This document shows, piece after piece, positions 10,537 to 23,624 of a stretch of 64,000 bases of DNA. The stretch covers positions 26,908,001 through 26,972,000 of the forward strand of contig NC_042998.1 of NCBI RefSeq assembly GCF_006345805.1, in the 5' to 3' direction. A program made the position numbers and the translations under genes. The DNA is from Octopus sinensis (Eukaryota). The first letter of the stretch is position 1, and each line of letters begins with the position of its first letter. The notes beneath the pieces are model-generated. The model saw only the letters and a list, made by a program, of their open reading frames with translations, had not been told where the DNA came from and did no database searches.

Positions 10537-11222
10537 ACATACACACACACACATACACATAAATATATACACACAAATCAATATTTTTCTTTTCACGTTT
10601 CAAGTCTACACTCTTCAACAGAAATAAACAGAGGAGAAAAAATACAAGAGGTGGGAGGAGAAGAAAAAATAAAAAGAAGAGAAAGAAGGAGGAAGAAACA
10701 ATGAGAAATCGGAAGAAAGGGAGAAGAGAAGACAAAAGGGAAAAAGAAAGAGAGAAAGAGAGAGGTGAGGTAAGGTAAGGTGTGTGGATTGAGAGAAACG
10801 ACAATAGGAAAAAGCAGAAAGTACAAAAAAGTTTAGAAAAGTTCAAAAGGTTCAAATGCCATGGTGTATTGGATTGATGCCTCATCAAAGGAAGAGTCTA
10901 GTATAATCCAAGGGTAGGAGAGGTGCAGCCGAAGTGTAGGAGAGTGGAAAAAAGTCCAGGTAGAGAATCCAGGTAGAATAGTCCAAGAAAAGTCCAAAGT
11001 GGAGGTGCAGACAGAATAAAAATTTTATCTATACACACATATATACACCACACACACAGATAGTTACACACACACAAACACATATATATATACATACATA
11101 AAAAAGAATATATATATATATATATATATATAAACACACAAACAAATGTCAACATATATATATATACAAATACACATTTACATATATAGATTCTTTTATT
11201 CTTTTACTTGTTTCAGTCATTT

Positions 11223-11432
11223 CTTTTCTACTCTAGGCACAAGGCCTGAAATTTTAGGTCAGGTAGCCAGTCAATTAGATCGACCCCAGTACGCCACTGA
11301 TACTTAATTTATCGACCCTGAAGGGATGAAGCGCAAAGTCGACCTCAGCAGAATTTGAACTCAGAACATAAAGGTAGACGAAATACCGCTAAGCATTTCA
11401 CCCAGTATGCTAACAATTCGGCCAGTTTGCCA
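11223..11432 (-). mobile_element. SINE family A nested in SINE B
   Basis: Flanked by tttcagtcattt / tttcagacattt (probable TSD). Confidence 0.8.
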
Positions 11433-11483
11433 CATTCATCATTTCAGACATTTGACTGCAGCCATGCTGGAGCACTACTTTAA

Positions 11484-12323
11484 CCCCTTAAAGGATTATC
11501 CTGAGTTTACTCGTGCATCGCAAATGCATCTTTTTAGAACCAAGACGAGTGTACTCGGTCAAAATTAACTTTCAATTTTAGCACTCAAACAAGTTTGTTT
11601 TGTGTCGTTTCATTTATGAGCAATCACGAATTTACTCACGTTGTCGTATGCCTGGCATCACATCTTCTGGCACCATTTCAAAGAATTTATGCTTCTGAGT
11701 TTTGAACTTTTACTTCAGTGCATACTCAGATTCAAGAGGAGGTTGATGTTATTTTAGAACCGTCTCGTTTTGATTCTCTATTATTTATACAAATAAGAGA
11801 ATTATTTACACACGAAGCCATCGATCCCACATCCAACAAGATTTGCCCCAGCTGGTCACTTTCCCATGGAAATACCACCAAGTGATAAGAAAAAGAACCC
11901 TACAAGACAGTGTGCAAAATGCACAGAGAAGAGAGATGCTAAAGAAAAGAAAATTTGAAGAGAAAGCATATACATGTGTGATTTCTGTAAGATAACTTTG
12001 TGTGTAACTCCTTTTTTTAAAAATTATCATTCTAAATAAACTATCTCATTTTTTAAAAAATTTTCTTTGATTTAAAATCAATACATCTTATAAAAAATCG
12101 AAGATAGTTAAGTTAAAAGAATTTTTTCAATGTCTAAATTAACTCGTTTAAATCCAAATGAGTAAAAGTACATTTTAATTTCTATAATAAAAAATAAAGG
12201 AAACAAGATTAAAAAAACTCTTTTTTTTTTGTAATTAACATACAGTATATAATTAAAAAAGGAAATAGAAAAATAAGCTCTGAAAATGAAACGCCAAGTC
12301 AAAATAATTGATCCTTTAAGGGG
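11484..12323 (+). mobile_element. internally deleted piggyBac transposon
   Basis: TTAA on both sides; perfect 13-bp TIR CCCCTTAAAGGAT; ~11820-12040 encodes GHFPMEIP...NPTRQCAKC...I*RESIYMCDFCKITLCVTPFFKNYHSK*, the Cys-rich C-terminal domain of piggyBac transposases. Confidence 0.9.
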
Positions 12324-12829
12324 TTAAGGGGTCTGAGTCAAACAAATTAATCCCAAGACTTACCTTTTGTAAGCCTAGTAGTTATTCTATCGGTCTCTTT
12401 TGCCAAACTGCTAAGTTACAGAGGCATAAACACACCAACATCAGTTGTGAAGTGATGGTGGGAGGACAATCACAGACAGAAACACAGACACAAAGACACA
12501 CACACAGAGATATATAGGACAGGCTTCTTTCAGTTTCCATCTACCAAATTGATACACAAGACTTTGGTCAGCCTGGGGCCATAGTAGAAGACAGTTGGTC
12601 AAGGTGCCAAGCAGTGGGACTGAACCTAGAACCATGTGGTTGGAGAGCAAGCTTCTTACCACAGAGTCACACTTGTGCCTAATGTATAGATATATATTTA
12701 TATTTATATACACTAATGAATATCTAGATATATATGCAAATTAACATTATTTACAGCGCAATGTCACTCCCCCTCAATACTACTCGCCACTCCTAGTGGA
12801 AGGGTTTTTGTCATGCAAGGTATTTTCAT

Positions 12830-13065
12830 GACTGGCGCCAAATGAAAAGCACTTGTGCTGGTACCACATAAAAACTAGTGATGCTGATGCCATGTAAAAA
12901 GTACCCAGTAACCTCTGTATGGTGGTTGGCATCAGGAGAGACAGTCAACTGCAGAAATCATGCCAAAACAGACACTGGAACCTGGTGCAACTTCTGGCCC
13001 TTGCCAGCTCCTGTCAGACCATGCAAACCAAGCCAGCATGAAAAAAAAATGATGTTAAATGATGA
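12830..13065 (+). mobile_element. diverged RTE-type 3' tail fragment
   Basis: Degenerate tail motif ending gttaaatgatgatg; similar old copies at ~24850-25045 and ~48665-48890. Confidence 0.65.
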
Positions 13066-13121
13066 TGTTATACACACAAGTATTTAATTACATATCAATG
13101 TGTGGGCATATGTATACAAAG

Positions 13122-13170
<49 letters not shown>

Positions 13171-13274
13171 TATATATTATTTTACTCATTTCAGTCATTT
13201 GACCGCAGCCATGCTGGAGCACCTCCTTAAAGGTTTTAGTCAAATGAATCAACCACAGAACTTATTCTTTGTAA

Positions 13275-13469
13275 ATTATTTACATTTGACAGATATTTGT
13301 CCTCATCTTGTTTGTTGTTAACACAACGTTTTGGCTGATATACCCTCCAACCTTCATCAGGTGTCTTGGGGGAATTTCAAACCTGTGTACTCATTTCTAA
13401 GGTATTCTTCGATATTATTATTATTGTTATTGTTACACCATGACCATATGGCATAAATATAGAACTGTA
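13275..13469 (-). mobile_element. 195-bp Penelope-like insert with hammerhead motif (13320-13365), 13-bp TSD, inside a SINE B
   Basis: TSD ttattctttgtaa at 13262-13274 and 13470-13482; gacac-CUGAUGA-a-ggUUgg...ucagcc-AAAAC-GUU-guguu (G12 to A). Confidence 0.65.
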
Positions 13470-13650
13470 TTATTCTTTGTAAGCCTAGTACTTATTTTGT
13501 ATTTATTCTATCGCTCACTTTTGTCAAACTGCTGAGTTACAGGAATGTAAACACACACATATTTACAAATTAATACATACATATATGTATTTCGGTGCAA
13601 ACAGGTAAAATAAAACTCAAATTATGAGTATGTATATTTTTATTAATATT

Positions 13651-13749
13651 TAGCAGATATAACAGTGTGACTCAAGGGCTGAGAGTTTTGTGCATTAAGT
13701 GCCAATGTATAAAACTCTTGGACCTTGAGTCACTCTGTTACTTCTGCTA
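13651..13749. mobile_element. ~99-bp TIR-only MITE derivative
   Basis: Imperfect hairpin tagcaga...gtgactcaagg / ccttgagtcac...tctgcta; same ends as 47982-48391. Confidence 0.6.
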
Positions 13750-13769
13750 ATTATTAATTAATAAATAAA

Positions 13770-14300
13770 TCATCATCATCATCATCATCATTTAGCGTCC
13801 GTTTTCCATGCTAGCATGGGTTGGACGGTTTAACTGGGGCCTGTGAAGCCGGAAGGCTTCATCAGGCCCAGTCAGATTTGGCAGTGTTTCTACGGCTGGA
13901 TGCCCTTCCTAACGCCAACCACTCTGCAAGTGTAGTGGGTGTTTTTTACGTGCCACCTGCACAGGTGCCAGACAGAGCTGGCACAACGGCCACGAATGGA
14001 TGGTGCTTTTACATGTCACCGGCACGGTGCCAGGCGATGCTGGCAACGGACACGAACGGATGGTGCTTTTACGTGCCACCGACACGGGGCCAGACAGAGC
14101 TGGCAAACAGCCACGAACGGACGGTGCTTTTACATCTCACTGGCACGGGGGCCAGCCGAGGCTGGCAACGGACACGAACGGATGGTGCTTTTACGTGCCA
14201 CCGACACGGGGGGCCAGACAGAGCTGGCAAACAGCCACGAGCGAATGGTGCTTTTACGTATCACCGACACGGGTGCCAGACGAGACTGGCAGCGGACACG
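13770..14300 (-). mobile_element. RTE-type 3' fragment with ~6-7 unit tandem array
   Basis: (CAT)n tail on the plus strand; array of the same subfamily as 37572-38130. Confidence 0.85.
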
Positions 14301-14514
14301 GATATATGTATACATATATATATATATCTATCTGAGGTGAGCATGTTAGTTAACTTTTTCACAACTACAACTTTAATCTCTCGAATGCCATTGACTGTTC
14401 ACCAACACATGAAGCTGTTCCTTAAAATGGATACATGAAAATTGTCAAATTTAGCCCAGACACACTCTATATACATATGTAGTAGTACATACATTTACAT
14501 AGACATATACAAAT

Positions 14515-14672
14515 ATCTTATAAAAAATCGAAGATAGTAAAGTTATATGTATTTTTTTCAATGTCCGAGTTAACTCGTTTAAATCCAAATGAGTAAATTA
14601 CATTTTAATTTCTATAATAAAAAATAAATGAAACAAGATAAAAAAACTTCTTTTTTTTTCTTCTAATTAACA
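14515..14672 (+). mobile_element. fragment of the piggyBac 3' region
   Basis: Colinear with 12085-12240. Confidence 0.8.
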
Positions 14673-14674
14673 CA

Positions 14675-15273
14675 GTGTAGTTGCCTTAGGCTGAAAATCA
14701 TATCTACTGTGCCTCTACCAGCCCAAAAGCCACACTGAGATTCAGGTGACACTAAGCTGACAAGGGCATCACTTTGTTTAAGATAACCCTTTCAAGGATC
14801 TTCCCAGCAACACACAAAAGGGAGGTACCCCTATGGTTGTCACATTCACATTTCTTGCCTTTGTGCTTATAAAGATGAATAATAGAAGCATCTTTAAACT
14901 CCTGTGGGATTGAACCTGATACCCAGATTAAAGAGAAGCATTCACCTAATTCATTCAGCAGAAAATTGCTAGCACATTTATATATCTCAGCTGGTATGCT
15001 ATCATTCTCAGACAAATTTCCATTTGTGAACTGTTTTATGGCTTATCTATCTCAGCATTTGATGGAGCAACTGACAGCTCTTCAAGGACAGGCTTCTGTG
15101 ATAGGTTATTGATCAGTTCTTTATCAACAGTTGAGTCCATATTCAGAAAATTTGAAAAATGCTCTGCCTAATGTTTCATGATCACCTTTTTTGTCTGTCA
15201 AAAGATGACCCTCAGTTGAAAGTATGGAAGTTGAGCCACCAGTCACAGGTCCCAAAACACCCTTTAAATTCTG
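14675..15273 (-). pseudogene. RTE (BovB-like) reverse transcriptase fragment
   Basis: DSIPAEIYK...IWVSGSIPQEFKDASIIHLYKHKG...NHRGTSLLCVAGKIL and downstream PESQCGF..GRGTVDMIFSLRQL; frameshifted. Confidence 0.92.
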
Positions 15274-15289
15274 ATAGAATATATATATA

Positions 15290-15534
15290 TATCATCATCA
15301 TCATCGTTTAACGTCCGTTTTCCGCGCGAGCACAGGTTGGACGGTTCGACCAGGGTCTGGGAAGCCAGGGGCTGCACCAGGCCCCAGTCTGATCTGGCAG
15401 TGTTTCTACAGCTGGATGCCCTTCCTAACGCCAACCACTCCGCGAGTGTAGTGGGTGCTTTTTACGTGCCACCTGCACAGGTGCCAGGGGAGTCCGGCAT
15501 TGTCCACGATCGGTTGGTGCTTTTAATGTGCCAC

Positions 15535-15535
<1 letters not shown>
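15290..15535 (-). mobile_element. RTE-type 3' tail fragment
   Basis: Tail motif plus (CAT)n. Confidence 0.8.
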
Positions 15536-15571
<36 letters not shown>

Positions 15572-15624
15572 TACATTCATGATATGTAACACAGATATTT
15601 TATATATATATATATATATATATA

Positions 15625-17648
15625 CACCATGTGTTATAGAATGCTAAAGCAAGCACATTGCTAATATTCAAGAAGTATTTCTCAGATACATGAGAACTTA
15701 AATTCAAACCCCTTCATCCAAAGAAGCTGTTTCCAGCTAGAAGGGAAATCATTCTCAAGTGGGATGGAAGGAAAAAGGTCAATGAAAATAAGCAGGCTTA
15801 AAGTATATATTTAAATGGAATTCAAAGAAATAAAAGGAAAGTTGTATCCTAACAGTTGTTCCAGATGACCCATGATTTATGTAATAAGCACACATAAAAT
15901 CGTAGATATGTAAAATATAAAGAATTTTTATAGTGCTATGAGTCTAAATACTATTATCCTCATCAGAAGATTCTGGTTTTTACAAGACCACTGCCATTAA
16001 ATTGCTGCTAAGAGCTTATTACACTTATTTCTTTTTTTTGAACAGCAAATGGTTCATTTACTGATGTACGAAAAAGCTTTGTCAGACTGAAATAAACAAC
16101 ATTTGCTATTCTAACACAAGAGTGACCAGCTCTTAGCTGCCATGAACAATGGTGCTGTATACATAGCTGATGAAAATAATGACACAGAAACACATGCATT
16201 CTGTCGTCTATGATGTCATACAATGTTGGTGGTAATGTTAGCGTTGATACTGTCTATAAGTGGAATTTCTCCTCTCTAGTGCAGTCATTGTCTTAACCAT
16301 GTCTTAATGTACACAAACATGCTTCATATCACTCTCAGCAAGACTATGTATCATTCAATACTGCTAGTCCACATCCAATTACATATATATATATATATAC
16401 GTTTATATATATATATATATACACACATACACACATACACACACAAATGTACACATGTATAAATAATTGTGTATATGATATCTATATCGTATGGGTGTGT
16501 ATAAAAGTTTCTGTATGTTTGTAAATCTATATATTTATACATATATCTATACATACATATACATGTATATATGTGTTAACTATATATATATATATATACG
16601 TATATATATATATAATATATATGCATGTATATATCTACATATGAATGTATATTACACATTTTTAATGTGTATATAAATGTATATGTATGTATATATAATA
16701 TATATATATATATACACCATGTGTTATAGAATGCTAAAGCAAGCACATTGCTAATATTCAAGAAGTATTTCTCAGATACATGAGAACTTAAATTCAAACC
16801 CCTTCATCCAAGAAGCTGTTTCCAGCTAGAAGGGAATCATTCTCAAGTGGGATGGAAGGAAAAAGGTCAATGAAAATAAGCAGGCTTAAAGTATATATTT
16901 AAATGGAATTCAAAGAAATAAAAGGAAAGTTGTATCCTAACCAGTTGGTCCAGATGACCCATGATTTATGTAATAAGCACACATAAATCGTCGTAGATAT
17001 GTAAAATATAAAGAATTTTTATAGTGCTATGAGTCTAAATCCTATTATCCTCATCAGAAGATTCTGGTTTTTACAAGACCACTGCCATTAAATTGCTGCT
17101 AAGAGCTTATTACACTTATTTTTTGAACAGCAAATGGTTCATTTACTGATGTACGAAAAAGCTTTGTCAGACTGAAATAAACATACATTTGCTATTCTAA
17201 CACAAGAGTGACCAGCTCTTAGCTGCCATGAACAATGGTGCTGTATACATAGCTGATGAAACATAATGACACAGAAACACATGCATTCTGTCGTCTAGTG
17301 ATGTCATACAATGTTTGGTGGTAATGTTAGCGTTGATACTGTCTATAAGTGGAATTTCTCCTCTCTAGTGCAGTCATTGTCTTAACCATGTCTTAATGTA
17401 CACAAACATGCTTCATATCACTCTACAGAACTATGTATCATTCAATACTGCTTAGTCCACATCCAATTACATATATATATATATATGTATATACACACAT
17501 AACACCATACACACACATATCACATGTATAAATAATTGTGTATATGTATATCTATACGTATGTGGGTGTGTATAAAAGTTTCTGTATGTTATGTAAATCT
17601 ATATATTTATACATATATCTATACATACATATACATGTATATATGTGT

Positions 17649-17689
<41 letters not shown>

Positions 17690-17760
17690 GCATGTATATA
17701 TCTACATATGAATGTATATTACACATTTTTATATGTGTATATAAATGTATATGTATGTAT
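15625..17760. repeat. tandem duplication, period ~1090 bp (possible assembly artefact)
   Basis: caccatgtgttatagaatgc at 15625 and 16715; the copies differ mostly by 1-3 bp indels. Confidence 0.9.
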
Positions 17761-17883
17761 ATATAAATATATATATGTATATTTATGTGTGTATACACAT
17801 ATTTATAAACATGCACACTTTCAATATATATTTATGCACACATACACACTCCCACAAACACACATGCACTCATACACACACAC

Positions 17884-17927
<44 letters not shown>

Positions 17928-18545
17928 TACACACACATATATATATATACATAACATATATACTAGTATCTGTTCAAACCTGTATTCATTTACATAGTTG
18001 GCCTCTTATCTGAAGTGTCTGCTCTGACGTAAATACTTCAACATCAATATTTGGTAAGGTATAGGAATGTGATAAAAGCAAAGGAATTTATTAACCAAAG
18101 TATGACACAGTATACTGGTTTCTTTCTTGTCAGTGTTTTATTGTTTCCTGAGAATTTTCTTTATTTCCAGCATGTTCAAATAAAACGATAATTTGCTAGT
18201 TGGTTCACCAAAGTGGTTTTGTCGTTGCACATTAAGTTATAAATACATTTATGTAAGTTTTGTAATAGAAACATATTTGATTTTCTTAATGATATTACAC
18301 AAATTAATTTTGTTTTATTATTATTATATTGTAGAAAATATTCATATTTTTACAGTTATTTGCAGGTATGTTTTCTTTGTCGTGTCTTAATTACTAACCA
18401 TTCAAATCCACATACTTTCTTATCTAAGAGCTTGAGAATTTTTCTATATAGATATATATATATGTCCTTTCACAACAAACCCACATGCACGTGAACATCA
18501 TATACATATATGTATATATATATATATAATATATATATTATATAT

Positions 18546-18601
<56 letters not shown>

Positions 18602-18604
18602 TAT

Positions 18605-18725
18605 AGCCGTAGAACACTGCCAGATTTTGACTGGGCCTGATGAAGCCTTCTGGCTTCACAGACCCCGTAGAACCGTCCAACCCATGCTAGCATGGAAAGG
18701 ATGCTAAACGATGATGATGATGATG
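18605..18725 (+). mobile_element. short RTE-type 3' tail
   Basis: ccaacccatgctagcatggaaag...gatgatgat. Confidence 0.75.
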
Positions 18726-18779
18726 ATATATAATATATGAAATTATTGTATACAGTGCTCAAGTGCACCACAACTTGTC

Positions 18780-19170
18780 AAAAGTGCGTATAAAGTATAT
18801 GCAGTATATATATATATATAGATATATATATAAGGTATATGCAGTATATATATATATATACATATAAGGTATATGCAGTATATATATACATATAAAGTAT
18901 ATGCAGTATATATATACATATAAAGTATATGCAGTATATATATATATATATAAAGTATATGCAGTATATATATACATATATATATATATACATATAAAGT
19001 ATATGCAGTATATAAATACATATATATATATATATACATATAAAGTATATGCAGCATATAAATACATATATATATATATACATATAAAGTATATGCAGCA
19101 TATATACATATATATATATATATACATATAAAGTATATGCATCAATATACTATAAGTATATGCAGTAATA
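18780..19170. repeat. minisatellite (TA)n-cat-ataaagtatatgcag, ~11 units
   Basis: Read directly. Confidence 0.9.
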
Positions 19171-20001
19171 TATTATAATATATATATATATATATATTGA
19201 GGTAGGGGGTGTGTATTTGTGTGGGTGTGTGTGTATGCATGATAGAAATCTCAATTTTCTGTTGCTGTATATACAATTTGCTTAAAAAGCACGGAGTTGC
19301 TATTATACATATAAAATGGGAAGTTGCAAGATCGCTCGATATTCTAGATGACTAAGCTACTCCCCAAAACCTCACTTCATTTTTTTAATACTTCTTACCC
19401 TTCTCCTCTTCCATTATTTTTCTTATATATATATATATATTTCCACCCCACCCTCACCCCTACGCCTAATTCCCTTCACCTCATTACTTTCATCTATCAC
19501 TTCTCTTCTCTACTACCTCAGAACTCAAAAGCTTTTCTTCATTTTACTGTCCCTGCCTCTCTCTCTCTCGCTGTCTCTCTCTCATTTCTAGCCTCTTGCT
19601 TTTCTCTATATTCTTTCTATACTTTTATACATTTTCTTTTTACATGTTTTTATTCCTTTCTCTGCAATTTTAGCATGTTCTTCATATATTTCTTTACTTT
19701 CTTATTGCAGTTTATTTATCGGTTTCTTTCTTTTTTTTTTCTCTTTTTTTTTTGTTTTATCCAAACCTCATTCTTACTTACGACTGGGTTTTCTTAGTTA
19801 TGTTTCTGCATTTCCCTTTCTGAGTATATACATACATAGATATATATATATGCGCATTTAAGAGTGTTGATATACACATATATAGAGAGAGAGGAGTATA
19901 TTCACACATATAAATATACACACATTTATATAATATAAATATAACTATCATTTATCTATCAATATATATATAAATAGATACATATACACACACACCATAT
20001 A

Positions 20002-20048
<47 letters not shown>

Positions 20049-20073
20049 AGAGAGAGAGAGAGATAATTATGTG

Positions 20074-20122
<49 letters not shown>

Positions 20123-20164
20123 TGTGTGTTGTGTGTGTATATGTACATCTATATTATATATGCA

Positions 20165-20550
20165 TTCTTTTATTCTTTTACTTGTTTCAGTCATTTGACT
20201 GCGGTCATGCTGGAGCATATCAACCCTAGAACTTATTCTTTGTAAGCCTAATATTTATTCTAACAGACTCTTTTTGTCGAACCACTAAGTTACGGGGACA
20301 TAAACATACCCGCATCAGTTGTCAAGCAATGTTGGGGGGGGGGGGATAAACACAGACACACAAACACATACACACGCATTATATATATACATATACGACA
20401 GGCTTCTTCCAGTTTCCATCTACCAAATCCACTCACAAGGCTTTGGTCAGCCCGAGGCTATAGTAGAAGACACTTGCCCAAAGTGCCATGCAGTAGGACT
20501 GAACCCAGAACCATGTGATTGGTAAGCAAGCTACTTACCACACAGCCACC
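20165..20550 (-). mobile_element. SINE family B
   Basis: Reverse complement of the family B sequence. Confidence 0.85.
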
Positions 20551-20613
20551 CCTGTACAAATATACACACATATATATTATATGTATATATGTGAGTATAT
20601 ATGTGTGTGTGTG

Positions 20614-20645
<32 letters not shown>

Positions 20646-20646
<1 letters not shown>

Positions 20647-21060
20647 CATCATCATCATCATCGTCGTTTAACGTCCGTTCTCCATGCTAGCATGGGTTGG
20701 ACGGTTCGACCGGGGTTCTGGGAAGCCAGAAGGCTGCACCAGGCTCCAGTCTAATTTGGCAATGTTTCTACAGCTGGATGCCCTTCCTAACGCCAACCAC
20801 TCCGTGAGTGTAGTGGGTGCTTTTTACGTGCCACCTGCACAGGTGCCAGGCGGGGCTGGCAACGGCCACGGTCAGATTGGTGTATTTTATGTGCCACCGG
20901 CACGGAAGCCAGTCGAGGCGGTGCTGGCATCGGCCACGAGTCGGATAGTGCTTTTTACGTACCACCAGACCAGGGATCCTGGCTGGTTCAATTCGATTTC
21001 GATTTCGCTTGCCCCAACATGTCTTCACAAGCAAAGGGGGTTGGCAAGGGTGCCTGTCGT
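20646..21060 (-). mobile_element. RTE-type 3' fragment, young subfamily
   Basis: Nearly identical to 61415-61828. Confidence 0.85.
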
Positions 21061-21319
21061 ATATTAGAAAAAACCACCTTTTATCAATTCAAAATGAATA
21101 ATTAAATTACACCATCTAGAAAATTCCATATAATAGAAAAGTTAAAATTAAAATAACAATTAAAAAGTAAAGATTAAGTAAATTACAAAAAAAATATAAT
21201 GTATATAATAGGTAGAAAAACAACACATATTTCGCTGCTATATTTAAGAAATGATTATAGTAGTAGAGAAATCACTTGCATATAAATATAGTCGGTCATC
21301 AGGTTAAAAATAGATGGTA

Positions 21320-21570
21320 CATGGAAACTGGAAGAAGCCTGTCATATATGTACATATGTATGCGTGTGTATGTGTCTGTGTTTGTCCCCCACAACACTGC
21401 TTGACAACTGATGCTGGTGTGTTCATGTCCCCGTAACTTAGCGGTTCGGCAAAAAGCGTCCAATAGAATAAGTATTAGACTTACAAAGAATAAGCTCTAA
21501 GGTCGATTTGCTCAACTAAAGGCAGTGCTCCAGCATGACCACAGTCAAATGACTGAAACAAATAAAAGAA
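21320..21570 (+). mobile_element. 5'-truncated SINE family B
   Basis: 3' two-thirds of the family B sequence. Confidence 0.8.
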
Positions 21571-21966
21571 TAAAAGAATACATATATAATATAGATGTAC
21601 ATATACACACACACATATATATATAAATGTATGTATGTGTGTATACATATATATGTGTGTATATGTGAATGTGTATATTTATACACATTCATACACACAC
21701 AGATATATATACACATATACATGCACAAAAATCATACTCACATACATACACACATATATACACACACAAATACAGGTACACACAGACATATTGCAAATTT
21801 TAGCTGTCACTTCAGTTTCATTTAGTTTACATTTTCTTGTATGCTGAACACAGTGGTTAGCACATCAATAATTAATGATTTAACAGCTAGCAGGGTACTA
21901 TTTATGCAAATCAGATTTCCCTGTTTAGAGGTGTACTTGTTAGTTGTGACAATATTTATAATCTCT

Positions 21967-22205
21967 AGGGCAGCAAGCTGGTAGAATTGTTAGCATGCCG
22001 GGCGAAATGCTTAGCGGTATTTCATCTGCCATTATGTTCTGAGTTCAAATTCCGCCAAGGTCGACTTTGCCTTTCGTCCTTTTGGGGTCGATTAAATAAG
22101 TACCAGTTACATACTGGGGTTGATGAAATTGACTTAATCCCTTTGTCTGTCCTTGTTTGTCCCCTCTACGTTTAGCTCCCCCTCCCCAGGTAGGCAATAA
22201 AGAAG
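21967..22205 (+). mobile_element. SINE family A
   Basis: tRNA-like head plus core. Confidence 0.85.
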
Positions 22206-22616
22206 TAAATATTTATAATCTCTCTCTCTGGATTAACAGATATGTTCAAACATTTGTTTATATTTGTCCAGTGTGCTTGATCATACACTGCCACAGCAAC
22301 TAAGACTTGTGATATGCACCTAGAAAATATCCTATTATACATTAATATTATGCACACATCTCTCTTTCTCTCTCTCTCTCTCTTATAAGGGATGGGGCAG
22401 AGGAGAGGGTCATAGTGCTACTAAGAACAATCACACACAAATACCAGGGCATGCACATATAAGGATACACATCATAGAAGAATAGAATGGAATAAGCAGA
22501 GTAAGAGCACACATGAAGATGAAAAGTGTCACTGAGGAGGTCACAGATGTGTGACGAAAGATTTCCAGACAATGGACATAAGTTAGAATAAGAACCGTAA
22601 TAAGTGAGTGAAGAAC

Positions 22617-22697
<81 letters not shown>

Positions 22698-22771
22698 TGC
22701 ATATACACATTATATATATTATATACATATACACACACATCCCCCATACACACACATACAGAATATCTATT

Positions 22772-22818
<47 letters not shown>

Positions 22819-22819
22819 T

Positions 22820-22980
22820 TTAGTTTCTAACAAAACTGTCTGATGAACAAGAACATGAAACTGGGTGACAGTTTTTGTGATATTTTTGCTGCTTTTTAAT
22901 AAAGCGTATTACTCTACCTCTGGTATCCGAGTACTATTTTTTCCACCTTGCTTCACATTTATGTGCTTACTCTGGTATAT
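22820..22980 (+). mobile_element. Penelope-like terminus with degenerate hammerhead (22832-22875)
   Basis: aaaacugu-CUGAUGA-acaagaacau-GAAAC-ugg-GUG-acaguuuu; perfect 8-bp stem I, stem II lost, H17=G; downstream sequence shared with 48553-48640. Confidence 0.55.
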
Positions 22981-23173
22981 ATATATACACACACACACTC
23001 ACAGATATATATATATTATATATATACATATATTTAGATGGATGGAAGGCTAGACAGACATATATATACACACATACACATAGGTAAATTGAAGATTAAA
23101 AAATTTTAAATCGCAAATAACAAAACAACAAAAGTCAACAGGACATACACATGGAATGTATTAGCTTGACCCT

Positions 23174-23228
<55 letters not shown>

Positions 23229-23575
23229 ATCCAAGAGAGAAGTTGGAAATACGAATAAAAATTTATTAAAACATTGACAAGACCTACAATTGTTTCAATT
23301 CATCGTTTATAGTATAAAATCAATCATATTTGATTTAATTAAATCAATTTGGCTAATTATTATATGCCAGAATATCACCAGAGAAGAACGTACAAAGAAA
23401 TTTATCTATATCATATTGAAAACATAATGAAAACCTTAAATAATCAATGCACCATTAAAATTAATACATACTATAAAAATAATATATATGTGTGTGCCTA
23501 TATTATAAGGTATTCAACCAGTCTAACCTTGGGTATTTCTATCCCTCTGTTTATATATCCTCACTTGTACTTTAA

Positions 23576-23624
<49 letters not shown>

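Larger units (their letters stand above)
11190..12680 (-). mobile_element. SINE family B split by a SINE A and a piggyBac insertion
   Basis: Three colinear segments at ~11190-11222, ~11440-11479 and ~12328-12680. Confidence 0.75.

Noticed and set aside
16046-16096. Possible terminal exon NGSFTDVRKSFVRLK*
   Set aside because: Too short to separate from chance; lies in the suspect duplication.
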